A stretch of 64,000 nucleotides of DNA, taken from Chloracidobacterium sp. N. GTDB lineage: Bacteria > Acidobacteriota > Blastocatellia > Chloracidobacteriales > Chloracidobacteriaceae. Made by a program: the position numbers and the translations under genes. Below the pieces are notes generated by a model. The model saw only the letters and a program-made list of their open reading frames with translations, ran no database searches and had not been told where the DNA came from. Of the stretch, positions 47,966 through 58,211 are shown one piece after another; position 1 is the first letter of the stretch; every line of letters starts with the position of its first letter. The DNA is taken from NCBI RefSeq assembly GCF_018304765.1, contig NZ_CP072642.1, positions 1,515,819 to 1,579,818 of the forward strand. Reading direction: 5' to 3'.

Positions 47966-50326
47966 ATGGAACTTTTCAAAAACGTTCGGAAACAGGTTGC
48001 CAGCCAGCTCGACCAGATGAAACTTGCTCGGGAAATCGAGCAACTCTCCAATGCTGTCCGCGAAAATCCCAACAATGTTGATGCCCTGAAGCGGTTGGCC
48101 GAAGCATATCAGGAAAGTGGCAACCTCGAAGCCGCGGTGAGTCACTTCCTGCGCCTGGCGGATGCCTACCGGAGCAGCAAACAGTACGAACTGGCGCTGG
48201 TCTTCTACCGCAAGGTGGAGCGGATGGTTGAGCCTTCCCAGCGCGCCACCATTCTCAAGAACATCGTCAACATTTACTTCGAGACACGGCAGTTTGACCG
48301 GGCTTACGAGTATTCCCGGCAGGTCATCGGACTCTACCTTGCCGAGCAGCAATCCGAAGCCGCTATGGGCTTTCTCAAAATGCTGCCGGGTTTTGGGGAA
48401 AAAGACGCCGATTACCGCAAAGAGCTGCGCGAAATGATTCAGGAGCGCAGCGAGAAATGGATGCAGGGGGCCAAAGCCACCTGGGTGACGGAGGCGAATG
48501 CAAGCCGGCTCCAGAACAAGGACCCGGACGACTTCTCCGATCGCCTCGTCGTCCTGGTGGACGACGAACCCCACGTGCTGATGATCCTTGAAAAGATCAT
48601 CAAGCCTCTCGGCTGCCAAATCATGACGGCCAACAACGGGCTGGAGGCACTCAATATCATCAAGCAACACCCGCCGGCGCTGGTCATCTCCGACCTGATG
48701 ATGCCCAAGATGGATGGCAGCCAGCTTTTTGCGGCGCTGCAGGACGACCCGAACCTGGCCAAGATTCCCTTTGTCTGCCTTTCGTCGCGGGCCCAGGAGG
48801 ACGAAAAGGTTTCGGCACTTGAACTCGGCGTTGAGGACTACTGGGCCAAACCGTTCAGCGTCAAGGAAATCCCGCTCAAGGTCAAACGGATTCTCAAGCG
48901 CCAGCCAGCGGCAGTCCGCATCGGGGGGCAACTGTCACACACCAGCGTCACCGACATCCTCAACCAGATGGAGCGGGAACGAAAGGAAGGTGTTGTCAAG
49001 ATTGTCACGCCCAAGCAGGAAACGGGGATGATCTACTTCAAGGACGGCACGGCGCTGGATGCCGAAGCCGGCTCGTTTCAGGGGATGGCTGCCATCATTC
49101 ACATGATGCAGTGGTCAGAGGGCAGCTACGCCTTTACGCAACAGACGGTCAACCGCCCGAATGTCATCAACATGCGGGCTTCAGAGCTGATTCTGGAAGC
49201 CCTGCACCGCTACGACGAGGAACAGAGCCTGCTGGCGTCGCTGCCCCCGTCCCACACACTTGCCAACCTCCCACCGGGCTTTGACGTTTCCTGGCTGTCC
49301 GGCTTCCCCAAAGAAAAGGTGCGTCAGGTGCTGGCGCTGATTGACGGCAAGCGTACGGTCGGACAGTGCATCGAGCAGGCCCACCACGACATTGACATTC
49401 TGCGCATGCTGGTGGCGCTGTGGGCGCCACGGGAAGCCACCCCGGTCGAGCCGCCCCCGCTCAGCCCGGCAGCACTGCCCACGGCAGCTTCCCTGCCGGC
49501 GTATCCGCCACCTGACCCGGCCATGTACCCGCCCAACCAGCCTTACCCCGGTGGCAGCGGGTATCTCGCCCCGCCCAGCCAACCGATGCCGCAAGCGCCC
49601 CCGCAGGCCCCACCCCAAGCCCCCTACGTCTCCCCCCAGTCCCCGCCCTCCTATTATCCACCGGGGCCAGCTTATCCGGCACAACCGCCAGCGCCGCCTT
49701 CCCCACCGACCTACCCACCGGCCGGCTACGGGCAGACCGGCTACGGGCAGACCGGCTACGGGCAGACCGGCTATGGACAGACCGGCTATGGACAGACCGG
49801 CTATGGACAGACGGGTTATGGACAGGCTGGCTACGGACAGATAGGTTACGGACAGGGCGGACACACGCCGCCACCGTCATCACCGTATGTTCCTTCCGCC
49901 TCCCCCCCTCCAACCAACTATGGCGCCCCCCCACTTCAGGCGCCCCAGCAGCCTACGGTGCCCCTGGTGATGCCAACCGGGCCGTTGCCACCAGCCTACG
50001 ATCCGGGGCCATTGTCGCCGCCACCGGCCTACACCGGGTCGCTGTCACCGCCCACCCAGGCCCTGCCACCATCCGTCCCGGGAGAGTTCCGGGTTACATT
50101 CGCTGATCCGGCAGCCGAAGAAGCCCTTGCCAAGCAGCTCTATGAGGCGGTCGTCGCAGCCAAACGCCAGTGCGGTGAGTCGCTCCAGGATTTCACCTTT
50201 GCGCGGTTCCACCAGATTTTGTGCGACCAGGCAGCGAAAATCAAAAGCCATCTGAAGTGCACCCACATTTCATTTTCAGTCTCGGTTGACAACGGGCGCG
50301 TCAAGTTCATTGCCAAGGGACTTTGA
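47966..50326 (+). CDS. TPR - receiver (REC) - DUF4388/PATAN-like domain protein with Pro-rich and (GYGQT)n low-complexity region
   Basis: TPR-like N-terminus; REC domain ([14 protein letters not shown]...[11 protein letters not shown]...KPF); DUF4388-like block ([19 protein letters not shown]...YFKDG); then [13 protein letters not shown] and GYGQT x9 repeats. Confidence 0.65.
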   Translation: MELFKNVRKQVASQLDQMKLAREIEQLSNAVRENPNNVDALKRLAEAYQESGNLEAAVSHFLRLADAYRSSKQYELALVFYRKVERMVEPSQRATILKNIVNIYFETRQFDRAYEYSRQVIGLYLAEQQSEAAMGFLKMLPGFGEKDADYRKELREMIQERSEKWMQGAKATWVTEANASRLQNKDPDDFSDRLVVLVDDEPHVLMILEKIIKPLGCQIMTANNGLEALNIIKQHPPALVISDLMMPKMDGSQLFAALQDDPNLAKIPFVCLSSRAQEDEKVSALELGVEDYWAKPFSVKEIPLKVKRILKRQPAAVRIGGQLSHTSVTDILNQMERERKEGVVKIVTPKQETGMIYFKDGTALDAEAGSFQGMAAIIHMMQWSEGSYAFTQQTVNRPNVINMRASELILEALHRYDEEQSLLASLPPSHTLANLPPGFDVSWLSGFPKEKVRQVLALIDGKRTVGQCIEQAHHDIDILRMLVALWAPREATPVEPPPLSPAALPTAASLPAYPPPDPAMYPPNQPYPGGSGYLAPPSQPMPQAPPQAPPQAPYVSPQSPPSYYPPGPAYPAQPPAPPSPPTYPPAGYGQTGYGQTGYGQTGYGQTGYGQTGYGQTGYGQAGYGQIGYGQGGHTPPPSSPYVPSASPPPTNYGAPPLQAPQQPTVPLVMPTGPLPPAYDPGPLSPPPAYTGSLSPPTQALPPSVPGEFRVTFADPAAEEALAKQLYEAVVAAKRQCGESLQDFTFARFHQILCDQAAKIKSHLKCTHISFSVSVDNGRVKFIAKGL
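49724..49858 (+). repeat. 15-bp tandem array, 9 units (GGCTACGGGCAGACC consensus; first 3 identical, later units diverging), in-frame within CDS
   Basis: Read directly from sequence; encodes [10 protein letters not shown]... Confidence 0.9.
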
Positions 50327-50356
50327 TGGCATAATGAGACAACCGCACGTTCCAGA

Positions 50357-51748
50357 ATGAGCCGCCGAATTCTGATTGCCGACGATCACGTTCCAACCCG
50401 CCGTGACCTGCAAGCTTTTTTGCAGCAACAGGGGTTTGAGGTGCTGGCGGTTGGCAATGGAGATTTGGCCGCGCGCCGGGCCGGGGAAATGCATCCCGAC
50501 CTGGTCATCCTGGACGTGCTGATGCCCGGAAAAACCGGCTATGAAGCCTGTCGGCACATCAAACAGGTACTCAAACTGGAACTTCCGGTGCTGATGATTC
50601 ACCACGACGTTGAACCGTTTGATCGGAACGAGGCGGCGCGCGTGGGTGCTGACGAAACTCTGGTCAAGCCCCTTGACCCGTTCGCGCTGCTTGAAACCAT
50701 GCATGCGCTCTGGCGCAAGTATGGACGCCCGCTCATGGGCGCGGAGTCGGCCGGTCTCGGCGAGGAAGTCCAGGAAGAAGACGTGGAGGCGGTTTTTGGC
50801 GGCGGGCCGGTTGCTCCTCCGCTACCGGCCGAGGCCCCGCTCACCGGCCAGGAAGCGGTGACGCCCTTGGCTGAAGAGCAACCCGCGCCAGCCGATCACC
50901 CCCACCCCTGCCCGGAGGCCAGCGTCCCCGGTACCGCGGCGCTGTCCGCGGCCCTGTCCGCAGCAGACGCTTCCGTGACATCGGTGGACGAACCGGAGCC
51001 GACCGCGCCCCCGGAACCGGAAACGACCTACCGTACCCCCACGATGGAGCTGGCCGATCCCTACTCCGTTGTCGCCAGCGGTGACTACGCGACGTATTTC
51101 CGTGATGAACCATCCAATCACGCAGAGGGTTCCGTCTCGGAGTCAGACCGGGAGGCCACTCAGGCAACTGCCAGACCCATCCCGGCCCCGGATGGCTTCC
51201 CGGCCACACCACCGGCTGAAACGGAAACCCTCATCCGGCAGGATATTCCGTTCACTGACCCCTACCCTTCCCGGAATATCTTCGCACCCATCCCGACGCA
51301 GGAGGCTTCGGACATCAGCTTCAGTGTGCCGGAACGCATCACTTCTGAACTTCCACCGCCCGATCCTTCAGCCGGGTTGAGCATTCATTTCGACCCCCGC
51401 AATGCGGCCGTCCATATCGGCGGACTCTACGAGGTGACGGAAGTCGAACTGCCGGAACATGCCACGCAGGAACTCACACCAGTTCCCACAGACCCCGCAT
51501 CAGCCTCGGAAACTCTCGATGAAGCGGATGTTTCCTCTGACGGTCTGCCGACGGAGGAACTGCCAGCGGCAGAAGTGGCTCTGCTTCAGGAAACAGGCAC
51601 GGACATTCTGGCCAGTGCGGTCATCGTGGCTGTTACGTCGCCAACCACCGAAAACACGCCACCGGTTTCGACCCTGGCGTGCCCGCACTGTGGCGGACAG
51701 GTACTGGAAAGCGACATCCTCTGCCCGCACTGCGGCGAGATGCTGTAG
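50357..51748 (+). CDS. Response-regulator receiver protein with long acidic/Pro-rich disordered region and C-terminal zinc ribbon
   Basis: REC domain (RILIADDH...LDVLMPGKTGYE...KP), about 300 aa of low complexity, C-terminal CPHCGGQVLESDILCPHCGEML. Confidence 0.6.
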   Translation: MSRRILIADDHVPTRRDLQAFLQQQGFEVLAVGNGDLAARRAGEMHPDLVILDVLMPGKTGYEACRHIKQVLKLELPVLMIHHDVEPFDRNEAARVGADETLVKPLDPFALLETMHALWRKYGRPLMGAESAGLGEEVQEEDVEAVFGGGPVAPPLPAEAPLTGQEAVTPLAEEQPAPADHPHPCPEASVPGTAALSAALSAADASVTSVDEPEPTAPPEPETTYRTPTMELADPYSVVASGDYATYFRDEPSNHAEGSVSESDREATQATARPIPAPDGFPATPPAETETLIRQDIPFTDPYPSRNIFAPIPTQEASDISFSVPERITSELPPPDPSAGLSIHFDPRNAAVHIGGLYEVTEVELPEHATQELTPVPTDPASASETLDEADVSSDGLPTEELPAAEVALLQETGTDILASAVIVAVTSPTTENTPPVSTLACPHCGGQVLESDILCPHCGEML

Positions 51749-51825
51749 AGGCGCAGCGCGCGTGACTGACAACGCGCCTCACCGACCCAACAACCTGAAG
51801 GTCACGGGCGAATGGTCATTCGCCC

Positions 51826-53241
51826 TTACTCGAAAAGGCTGTCCACGAAGGCTTCCGGCGAAAACACCGTCAGGTCATCCAGTTGTTCACCGGTGCCGAC
51901 ATAGCGGATAGGCAGCCCCAGTTCCCGCGCAATGGCCACGACGATACCGCCCTTGGCCGTTCCATCGAGCTTGGTCAGGACCAGTCCGGTCACGGGAACC
52001 GTCTTGGCAAACTGGCGCGCCTGTTCGAGTCCGTTCTGCCCGGTGGCCGCATCCAGTACCAGCAGCACCTCATGGGGCGCCTGTGGCACTTCACGCCGCG
52101 CAATGCGGGACATCTTCTCCAGCTCATTCATCAGATTGACTTTGTTGTGCAGCCGGCCGGCCGTGTCCACGATGACCACATCGGCATCGCGTGATTTGGC
52201 CGCCTGAAGGGCATCGTACACCACGGCGGCCGGGTCGGTCCCTGGCTTCTGCTGGATGACCGGGATGCCTACCCGCTCCGCCCAGACCGTCAACTGGTCG
52301 GCGGCGGCAGCCCGGAAGGTGTCGGCAGCACAAACGATAACGTCATTGCCCTCGCGCTTGATGAGATGGGCCAGCTTGGCAATCGTCGTCGTTTTGCCAA
52401 CCCCGTTCACACCAACGACCATCATGACGTACGGACGGATGTCGGTCGGAATATCGAGCTCCGAGCGCACGGCGCGCCCGGAGACAGATTTGACCGGGGC
52501 CCGCAGCAGGGCGAGCAGTTCCTGGCGCAACACCCGCTTGAGTTCGTCGGTGTCATTCAGCAGCTTCCGATCCACCTGGGCGCGGATTTTCTCCACGAGG
52601 TCGAGGGTGGTGCGGACGCCAATATCAGCGCCAATCAGGATTTCTTCCAGTTCGTCCAGCACCTCCGGGCTGATGACCTTTTTGCCGCGCACCAGGGTGT
52701 CGAGCCGGCCCACGAGGTTTTGCCGGGTTCGCCGTACGGCATTTTTCATCCGCAGCAGGAAGGTCTCCCGTGGCGGCTCGGCCACGCCGGCCGGCGGTGC
52801 AACCGGCGGCAGGTTTGTGACTGGCTGGCCCGTGGGGGCCGCATCTGGCGAACCACCCGGGGCCGGTGTATCCGCCGGTGCCGGCCATCCCAGCCAGCGG
52901 GAGAGCAGGCCACGGCGGGCCGGTTCGGCCGTCACCTCCGGCGCTGGCCTGGCTTCCGCTGGCATGGCTTCCACCGGCGCGGAAGCGACCGGCTGCGGTT
53001 CAGCCGCCGGCGAGACCACCGGCGGGGGTGGGGGGGCCACAGGCCGGGGCGGGAGGGCCGCTGGTTCAGGCACGGCCGCGTCCAACCGGGGTGGCGCTGG
53101 TGCTGGTGCTGGCACCGGCTCCGCAACCTCAACCCCGGCTGGTGGCGCTGACGGGGCCGGAATCGGCTCACTCCCAAAGAGGGTCGTCAGGCCGGCGCGT
53201 TCAGCCGGCGTTTCATCCTTCTTGCGTCTCCAAAACAGCAT
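51826..53241 (-). CDS. ftsY: Signal recognition particle receptor FtsY
   Basis: NG domain with [16 protein letters not shown]-loop and SRP-GTPase motifs; Pro/Ala-rich N-terminal region. Start at MLFWRRKK (53241) avoids overlap with PBP1A. Confidence 0.85.
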   Translation of the reverse strand: MLFWRRKKDETPAERAGLTTLFGSEPIPAPSAPPAGVEVAEPVPAPAPAPPRLDAAVPEPAALPPRPVAPPPPPVVSPAAEPQPVASAPVEAMPAEARPAPEVTAEPARRGLLSRWLGWPAPADTPAPGGSPDAAPTGQPVTNLPPVAPPAGVAEPPRETFLLRMKNAVRRTRQNLVGRLDTLVRGKKVISPEVLDELEEILIGADIGVRTTLDLVEKIRAQVDRKLLNDTDELKRVLRQELLALLRAPVKSVSGRAVRSELDIPTDIRPYVMMVVGVNGVGKTTTIAKLAHLIKREGNDVIVCAADTFRAAAADQLTVWAERVGIPVIQQKPGTDPAAVVYDALQAAKSRDADVVIVDTAGRLHNKVNLMNELEKMSRIARREVPQAPHEVLLVLDAATGQNGLEQARQFAKTVPVTGLVLTKLDGTAKGGIVVAIARELGLPIRYVGTGEQLDDLTVFSPEAFVDSLFE

Positions 53242-53284
53242 GGTCTTCCTTCGTGGACACGGATGGTCTCTCGCACCGAAGCCG

Positions 53285-56029
53285 TCAACGATTGACTCCC
53301 GGTGTATTACGCCGGGGTGCGGCGGGGGGCTCCCGCCGGGGTGGCCTGGGTGGTTCATCCGTGACGAATGATGGTTTCTTGACCGGCGACTTTGGGGCTG
53401 GCGGCGCATCGCCCGGCTCTGGCGTGCGTTGTCGCTGCGCGCGCTTCGCCGACTGGGCTTCGTCCACGGCGGTTTGCCCGGTGGTTTCCTCCATCAGCGT
53501 CCGTTCCCGGCGGGGCCGGGCCGGTTCATCATCACGTGGCGGGGCCTCCCGACCGGTGATGGCCCGCTTGGCCGATGAGGTCTCCGTATCCTCCATCAGG
53601 GTTGCAATCCCGCTTTCAAGTTCCTTGCGTTCCTGGCGGTCACGCTCGGCCTGGAGTTTTTCGAGTTCGTTGTCCGGCGCCGGAGCTTTGTCGAAGGTTT
53701 CAATCGGTTTGCCACGCAGATAGACCTTCATGAACTCAATCCACATCGGGAGCGCGGCTTCACTTCCGGTTTCGCCTTTCCCAAGGGTTCGTTTTTCTCC
53801 GGGGTAGCCGATCCACACCCCGCAGGTAATGGAAGGGGTGTAGCCAATAAACCAGGCATCGGTCCAGTCGTTGACCGTTCCCGTTTTGCCGCCGATCTGA
53901 CGCTTGTTGAGATCGCCATCCGCCACGGCGCGGATTTTCGTGGCTGTGCCGCCGTCCACGACGCCGCGCATCATGTCCACCATCTGGGCGGCAACGTAAT
54001 CCGAAATGACCCGCGTCTCACGCTCCGTTTCATCCCGGTCGAAATCAAAGAGCGTTCGTCCATCATAATCGAGAATCCGCCGAATGAGGTGGGGCTTGGC
54101 CCGTTTGCCCTTGTTCGGAAAGACTGAATAGGCCGCAACCATCTCAATGAGGGGCACTTCCGTCGCCCCCAGCGCCGAGGGCAGGTACGGTGCCATGGGA
54201 TTGGTAATGCCAAAGCGCCGGACCATTTCTGCCCCACGCCGAATTCCGACACTGGCCAGCAAGCGGACGGCCGGAATGTTCCGGGATTTGGCCAGCGCCG
54301 TACGCAGCGGAATCGGCCCCGTGAAGCCGCCATCATAGTTCCGGGGCGACCAGTTGCCGGACTGAAACGGGGTGTCGGAAACGAGATCATCCGGCGTCCA
54401 CCCGTTCTCGATGGCCGCGGTGTAAATGAACGGCTTGAAGCAGGAACCGGTCTGCCGGTTGGCCTGAGTGGCATTGTTGAACTTTGACTGCGAAAAGTCA
54501 TAGCCGCCGACCATGGTCTTGATCTCGCCCGTCCTGGCATCGAGGCACAGCATGGCCCCGGCCACGGCCGGGAGGGAACGCAGTTCGACCTGGAGCACCC
54601 CGTTGGAAGGTGGTGGGGCGGTGGACGGAGCGGACTCGCGCCGTCCCTTGCGCCCCGGCGCTGAAGCTGGCGGCGCTGAAGCTGGCGAGGCTGGAGCCGG
54701 CGGCGCCGGGATGTCCGTCACCGGCTGCAGGGCGTTGTTGCGCGGCGCACCGCTTTTGATGACAAACATCGGCAGGTCCCCTTCGCGCAGGGGATGGTCG
54801 GGCGAAAATGTGACCGTCGCCCGGTACTTGCCGAAGGAAACTTCGGCCGTCCGACCGGTGACGCGCATCACCAGTCCGTGCAGATACATACCGTTGAACG
54901 GCTCATAGGCCCATTCCGGGTGCCGGTAGGTGGAGAGGTCTTTGCCTTTGAGTTCGTCGAGCACGTTCGGGATGGGGATGTCCCGCCGGCTGCCGCCGTG
55001 GCGTTCTTCATACCGGTGCAGCCCCCACCGTACAGCATTGACGGCCTGAATCTGCGCCGGGGCATCAATCGTGGTGATGACCTGCAAGCCGCCGGTGTGA
55101 GTTCCCCGCGTTCCGAAGCGGCTTTCAAGTTCGCGGCGGACTTCTTCGACAACGTAAGCAAACGGCCCACTGGTGTTGAGTTCCCGCGCCGAGGTGACGT
55201 TGAGCTTCAGATCGGCGGCTTTGGCGGCTTCGGCCTCGGCCGCCGTGATGTAGCCCGCTTCGAGCATGTTGGTAATCACCAGATTGCGCCGGCGCTTGGC
55301 TTCCTGCGGACGCAAAATGGGCGAGTAACCGGAAGGGGCCTTGGGAATCGCCGCCAGCAGGGCGCATTCCTCAATCGAGCAGTCCCTGATGGATTTGCCA
55401 AAGTAGTACTGCGCGCCAGCTTCAACGCCATACGCGCCCCCACCCAGGTTGATCTGGTTGCAGTACAACTCCATGATCTGCTCTTTGGTGTACTGCCGTT
55501 CGATTTGCAGCGCCAGGATGGCTTCCTGAATTTTGCGTTCGAGGGTTCGCTCCGGCGACAGGAACAGAATCTTGGTCAGTTGCTGGGTGAGGGTTGAGCC
55601 GCCTTCCACCGTCCGCCCGGCAAGGAAGTTCTTCCAGGCGGCCCGGGCCAAACCAATCGGGTCCACGCCCCAGTGGTACTCGAAGCGGGCGTCCTCAATG
55701 GCCATGATGGCCTGGCGCATGCGCAACGGGATTTCGTCATAGGACAGCGGAACCCGCCGCTCCAAGGCAAATTCCCCAATCACCGTCCGCCCGTCATCGG
55801 CATACACGTGCGTCACCACACTGGGCTGAAAGTCGGCCAGGGCGGCTACCTGCCGCTGGTCATCCGTCGTGGCAAACCACTGCAGAAACAGCAGTGTGGC
55901 AAGCGCCCCCAGGGCCGCCGAGACGACGAGCGACAGGGGCAGAACCGACCAGTGCCACCACCGGGACCAACCCGGATGCGCTGCTGCCGGGGCTTCCGTC
56001 AGGTGGGGCAGGTTGAGGGCGTTTGACAT
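53285..56029 (-). CDS. mrcA: Class A penicillin-binding protein 1A (glycosyltransferase + transpeptidase)
   Basis: N-terminal TM anchor, GT51 motifs ([18 protein letters not shown]), transpeptidase region, long disordered Arg/Pro/Glu-rich C-terminal tail. Confidence 0.85.
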   Translation of the reverse strand: MSNALNLPHLTEAPAAAHPGWSRWWHWSVLPLSLVVSAALGALATLLFLQWFATTDDQRQVAALADFQPSVVTHVYADDGRTVIGEFALERRVPLSYDEIPLRMRQAIMAIEDARFEYHWGVDPIGLARAAWKNFLAGRTVEGGSTLTQQLTKILFLSPERTLERKIQEAILALQIERQYTKEQIMELYCNQINLGGGAYGVEAGAQYYFGKSIRDCSIEECALLAAIPKAPSGYSPILRPQEAKRRRNLVITNMLEAGYITAAEAEAAKAADLKLNVTSARELNTSGPFAYVVEEVRRELESRFGTRGTHTGGLQVITTIDAPAQIQAVNAVRWGLHRYEERHGGSRRDIPIPNVLDELKGKDLSTYRHPEWAYEPFNGMYLHGLVMRVTGRTAEVSFGKYRATVTFSPDHPLREGDLPMFVIKSGAPRNNALQPVTDIPAPPAPASPASAPPASAPGRKGRRESAPSTAPPPSNGVLQVELRSLPAVAGAMLCLDARTGEIKTMVGGYDFSQSKFNNATQANRQTGSCFKPFIYTAAIENGWTPDDLVSDTPFQSGNWSPRNYDGGFTGPIPLRTALAKSRNIPAVRLLASVGIRRGAEMVRRFGITNPMAPYLPSALGATEVPLIEMVAAYSVFPNKGKRAKPHLIRRILDYDGRTLFDFDRDETERETRVISDYVAAQMVDMMRGVVDGGTATKIRAVADGDLNKRQIGGKTGTVNDWTDAWFIGYTPSITCGVWIGYPGEKRTLGKGETGSEAALPMWIEFMKVYLRGKPIETFDKAPAPDNELEKLQAERDRQERKELESGIATLMEDTETSSAKRAITGREAPPRDDEPARPRRERTLMEETTGQTAVDEAQSAKRAQRQRTPEPGDAPPAPKSPVKKPSFVTDEPPRPPRREPPAAPRRNTPGVNR

Positions 56030-56156
56030 GGATAACTCCTGCGTCGAAAGTACGCGCCTGCGGCCGATTATTCGTTAGCACGCCGCATGACCGCAATCCA
56101 GTTCCGGGACCCTGCTGATTCCGGCAACCGGCGTTCAGCAAAGCGCATCAGCAGGG

Positions 56157-56251
56157 CGAAGGCGTGTGGGAGTCGAACCCACCCATCCGTGTTGCCACAC
56201 GGACGCAGCGAATTTGAAGTTCGTGACGGCCACCGGACCGCATGCGCCTCC
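56157..56251 (-). tRNA. selC: Candidate selenocysteine tRNA (tRNA-Sec, anticodon UCA), 95 nt
   Basis: Minus-strand hand fold: acceptor GGAGGCGC/ACGCCTTC (one C.A mismatch), 6-bp D-stem with 4-nt loop (GCGGTC-CGGT-GGCCGT), anticodon loop CUUCAAA, long variable arm (TCCGTGT-GGCA-ACACGGA), T-arm GTGGG-TTCGACT-CCCAC, discriminator G. Blocks UCCGGUG, ACUUCAAAU, GGUUCGACUCC are, from my recollection of the E. coli selC sequence, near-identical to it. Confidence 0.55.
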
Positions 56252-56293
56252 GCAAATTTCCCCTTCCGGCACGCCGCCACCCATCTGGAAGTG

Positions 56294-57424
56294 TCACTGG
56301 AGCCGGGCCGCGGCAATACCCCGTTCAGTTGCCATCACCACCATCCCCTGTTCCACGTGCAGCGCCGAAAAGATGCGCTCGGAGGCAAGCTGCCACCGCG
56401 CCACGATGCGTCCATCCGGCGCCTGCACGACCGTAATTTCACGGTCATCGAGGGCAGCCACAGCAAGGGTCGTCTCCGTCAGCCAGGAAGGGGGCGACAC
56501 CAACCGACCTGCCATCTGCTGCTGCCAGCGTAGCTCGCCGGTCTGCGGATGGAAGGCGTAAAGAAAGTTATCATACGAGGCAACGAGAACCTGCTGATGA
56601 GCGATGAGCGGCGGGGCCATCACGGCAGCCCCCGTTCGCCGCCGCCACCGCAAGCGCCCATCGGCGCGTCCAATTGCCACCACCTCGCCGTCGGACGTGC
56701 CACAGTACACCATCTCCCCTCCGATGGCAGCCGGCCCGGGCGGCGCGCCCAGCGCACAGTCCCACTGGCGACGACCGTCCCCGGCGTCCAACGCCCAGAG
56801 CGCGCCGGCGGAAGTGCCGACGAAAACCGTTCCCCTGGCATACGTGAGATGCTCCGTGAAGTCCCCGGCAACGGACCAGCGGCAGGAAAAGTCATGCGGG
56901 TCAAGCGCCGCGATCTCTGCCGCTCCGAGCCGGACATAGAGCCGGACACCATCCTCCACCACCCGCGAAGTGATGGGCGCTGGCAGCGTCACTTCACGGC
57001 GAACCACGCCGGTCGTCAGATCGAGCAGGCGGACAATACCGCCCGGCGGGGAGCCATCCGCCGCCGGGCTGGAGGCACAGGCCAGAAGGGCATCTCCCAG
57101 GCGATACAGTTTGGCCGTGGTGGCCACGCCCGGCGCGCTTTCCCACAGTCGCGCGCCGTCCGTTCGCGCCAGGGCCACGACCTTCCCGGTGCGCAGCGGA
57201 ACATACACCGCGTTTTCCGTCACCAGCGGTTCCTGGCGCGCACTATCCGGGTCCAGGTAGAGCCAGTCGGTGGAAAGTGTGGTGGGAGCAATGGCAACCC
57301 GGCCATTCAGAGACGGTACGGGACGCGGGCGCGGACGCTGCTGCGCCACCAGCATCTGGCTCAGGACAAGGGCCAACCCAACTGCCAAAACGACGCTGCC
57401 GCTCCGCCAGACCGGGCGCTTCAT
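56294..57424 (-). CDS. Secreted PQQ-like beta-propeller repeat protein (BamB-like)
   Basis: Signal peptide plus repeated ...DG..(L/R)W... PQQ-like blades. Confidence 0.6.
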   Translation of the reverse strand: MKRPVWRSGSVVLAVGLALVLSQMLVAQQRPRPRPVPSLNGRVAIAPTTLSTDWLYLDPDSARQEPLVTENAVYVPLRTGKVVALARTDGARLWESAPGVATTAKLYRLGDALLACASSPAADGSPPGGIVRLLDLTTGVVRREVTLPAPITSRVVEDGVRLYVRLGAAEIAALDPHDFSCRWSVAGDFTEHLTYARGTVFVGTSAGALWALDAGDGRRQWDCALGAPPGPAAIGGEMVYCGTSDGEVVAIGRADGRLRWRRRTGAAVMAPPLIAHQQVLVASYDNFLYAFHPQTGELRWQQQMAGRLVSPPSWLTETTLAVAALDDREITVVQAPDGRIVARWQLASERIFSALHVEQGMVVMATERGIAAARLQ

Positions 57425-58188
57425 TCAAAGGCTCCATGGCGACCGGCACCACCTGCAAAGCGTTGGGCGCCGGCTTGGGTTTCGCCCGTGGCCAACACAT
57501 CCATTCCGCGCCGGAACTCATTTCGGAGCGCCTGTTCCCAGTCCAATCCGGCCTGTTCATACAGCGACTGGCGATCGCTGCGCAGACAGGTTTGGGGAAA
57601 AGCTGCGATGGATTGCGCCACAGCCAGCGCAGTTTCCAACGCCTTGCCTTCCGGGCAGAGGCGATTGACCAAGCCCATCGCCAAAGCTTCTTCGGCAGCA
57701 ACCGGGCGGCCCGTCAGAATCATGTCCATGGCCCGCCCAAATCCGATCAGCCGGGGAAGGCGGACGGTTCCGCCGTCTACGAGGGGCACGCCAAAGCGAC
57801 GGCAAAACACACCGAACACCGCCGTCCGGGCGGCGACCCGCAGATCACACCACAGGGCCAGTTCCAGCCCCCCGGCAACGGCATAGCCTTCGATGGCGGC
57901 AATCACCGGCTTCGGGAGGCAGCGGCGGGTGGGCCCCATCGGGGCCAGTCCGGTCTCCCGGAGATTGACTCTGGCGCCAGCGGCCACGGCCTTGAGGTCG
58001 GCTCCGGCGCAAAAGTGACCACCGGCGCCGGTCAGGATGGCGACCGCACAGGCATCATCCGCTTCGAAGCGGTGGAAAGCCGCATCCAGTGCTGCCGCGG
58101 TGGGATCATCCACGGCGTTGCGCACTTCCGGCCGCCGCAGCGTGACGACGGCTACCCCCGCCTGGACTTCATACGTGACCGTTTCCAT
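57421..58188 (-). CDS. Enoyl-CoA hydratase/isomerase (crotonase) family protein
   Basis: VAVVTLRRPEVRNAVD, ILTGAGGHFCAGADL, IAAIEGYAVAGGLELAL crotonase motifs. Start at METVTYEV (58188). Confidence 0.7.
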   Translation of the reverse strand: METVTYEVQAGVAVVTLRRPEVRNAVDDPTAAALDAAFHRFEADDACAVAILTGAGGHFCAGADLKAVAAGARVNLRETGLAPMGPTRRCLPKPVIAAIEGYAVAGGLELALWCDLRVAARTAVFGVFCRRFGVPLVDGGTVRLPRLIGFGRAMDMILTGRPVAAEEALAMGLVNRLCPEGKALETALAVAQSIAAFPQTCLRSDRQSLYEQAGLDWEQALRNEFRRGMDVLATGETQAGAQRFAGGAGRHGAFE

Positions 58189-58211
58189 GGATTGACCCGA
58201 CTCAGGGGACT

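Noticed and set aside
49181-49934. 227- and 157-aa minus-strand ORFs over the GYGQT repeat
   Set aside because: The periodic repeat keeps any frame open; the sense frame continues a 786-aa multi-domain protein.
52256-53723. 371-, 261- and 285-aa plus-strand ORFs
   Set aside because: Antisense to ftsY and to the PBP1A tail; produced by the Pro/Ala-rich coding regions.
56157-56251. Plus-strand reading of the tRNA-like element as tRNA-Ser(TGA)
   Set aside because: On the plus strand the T-arm-like hairpin sits at the 5' end and its loop (AGTCGAA) is non-canonical. Only the minus strand gives a proper cloverleaf with T-loop TTCGACT.
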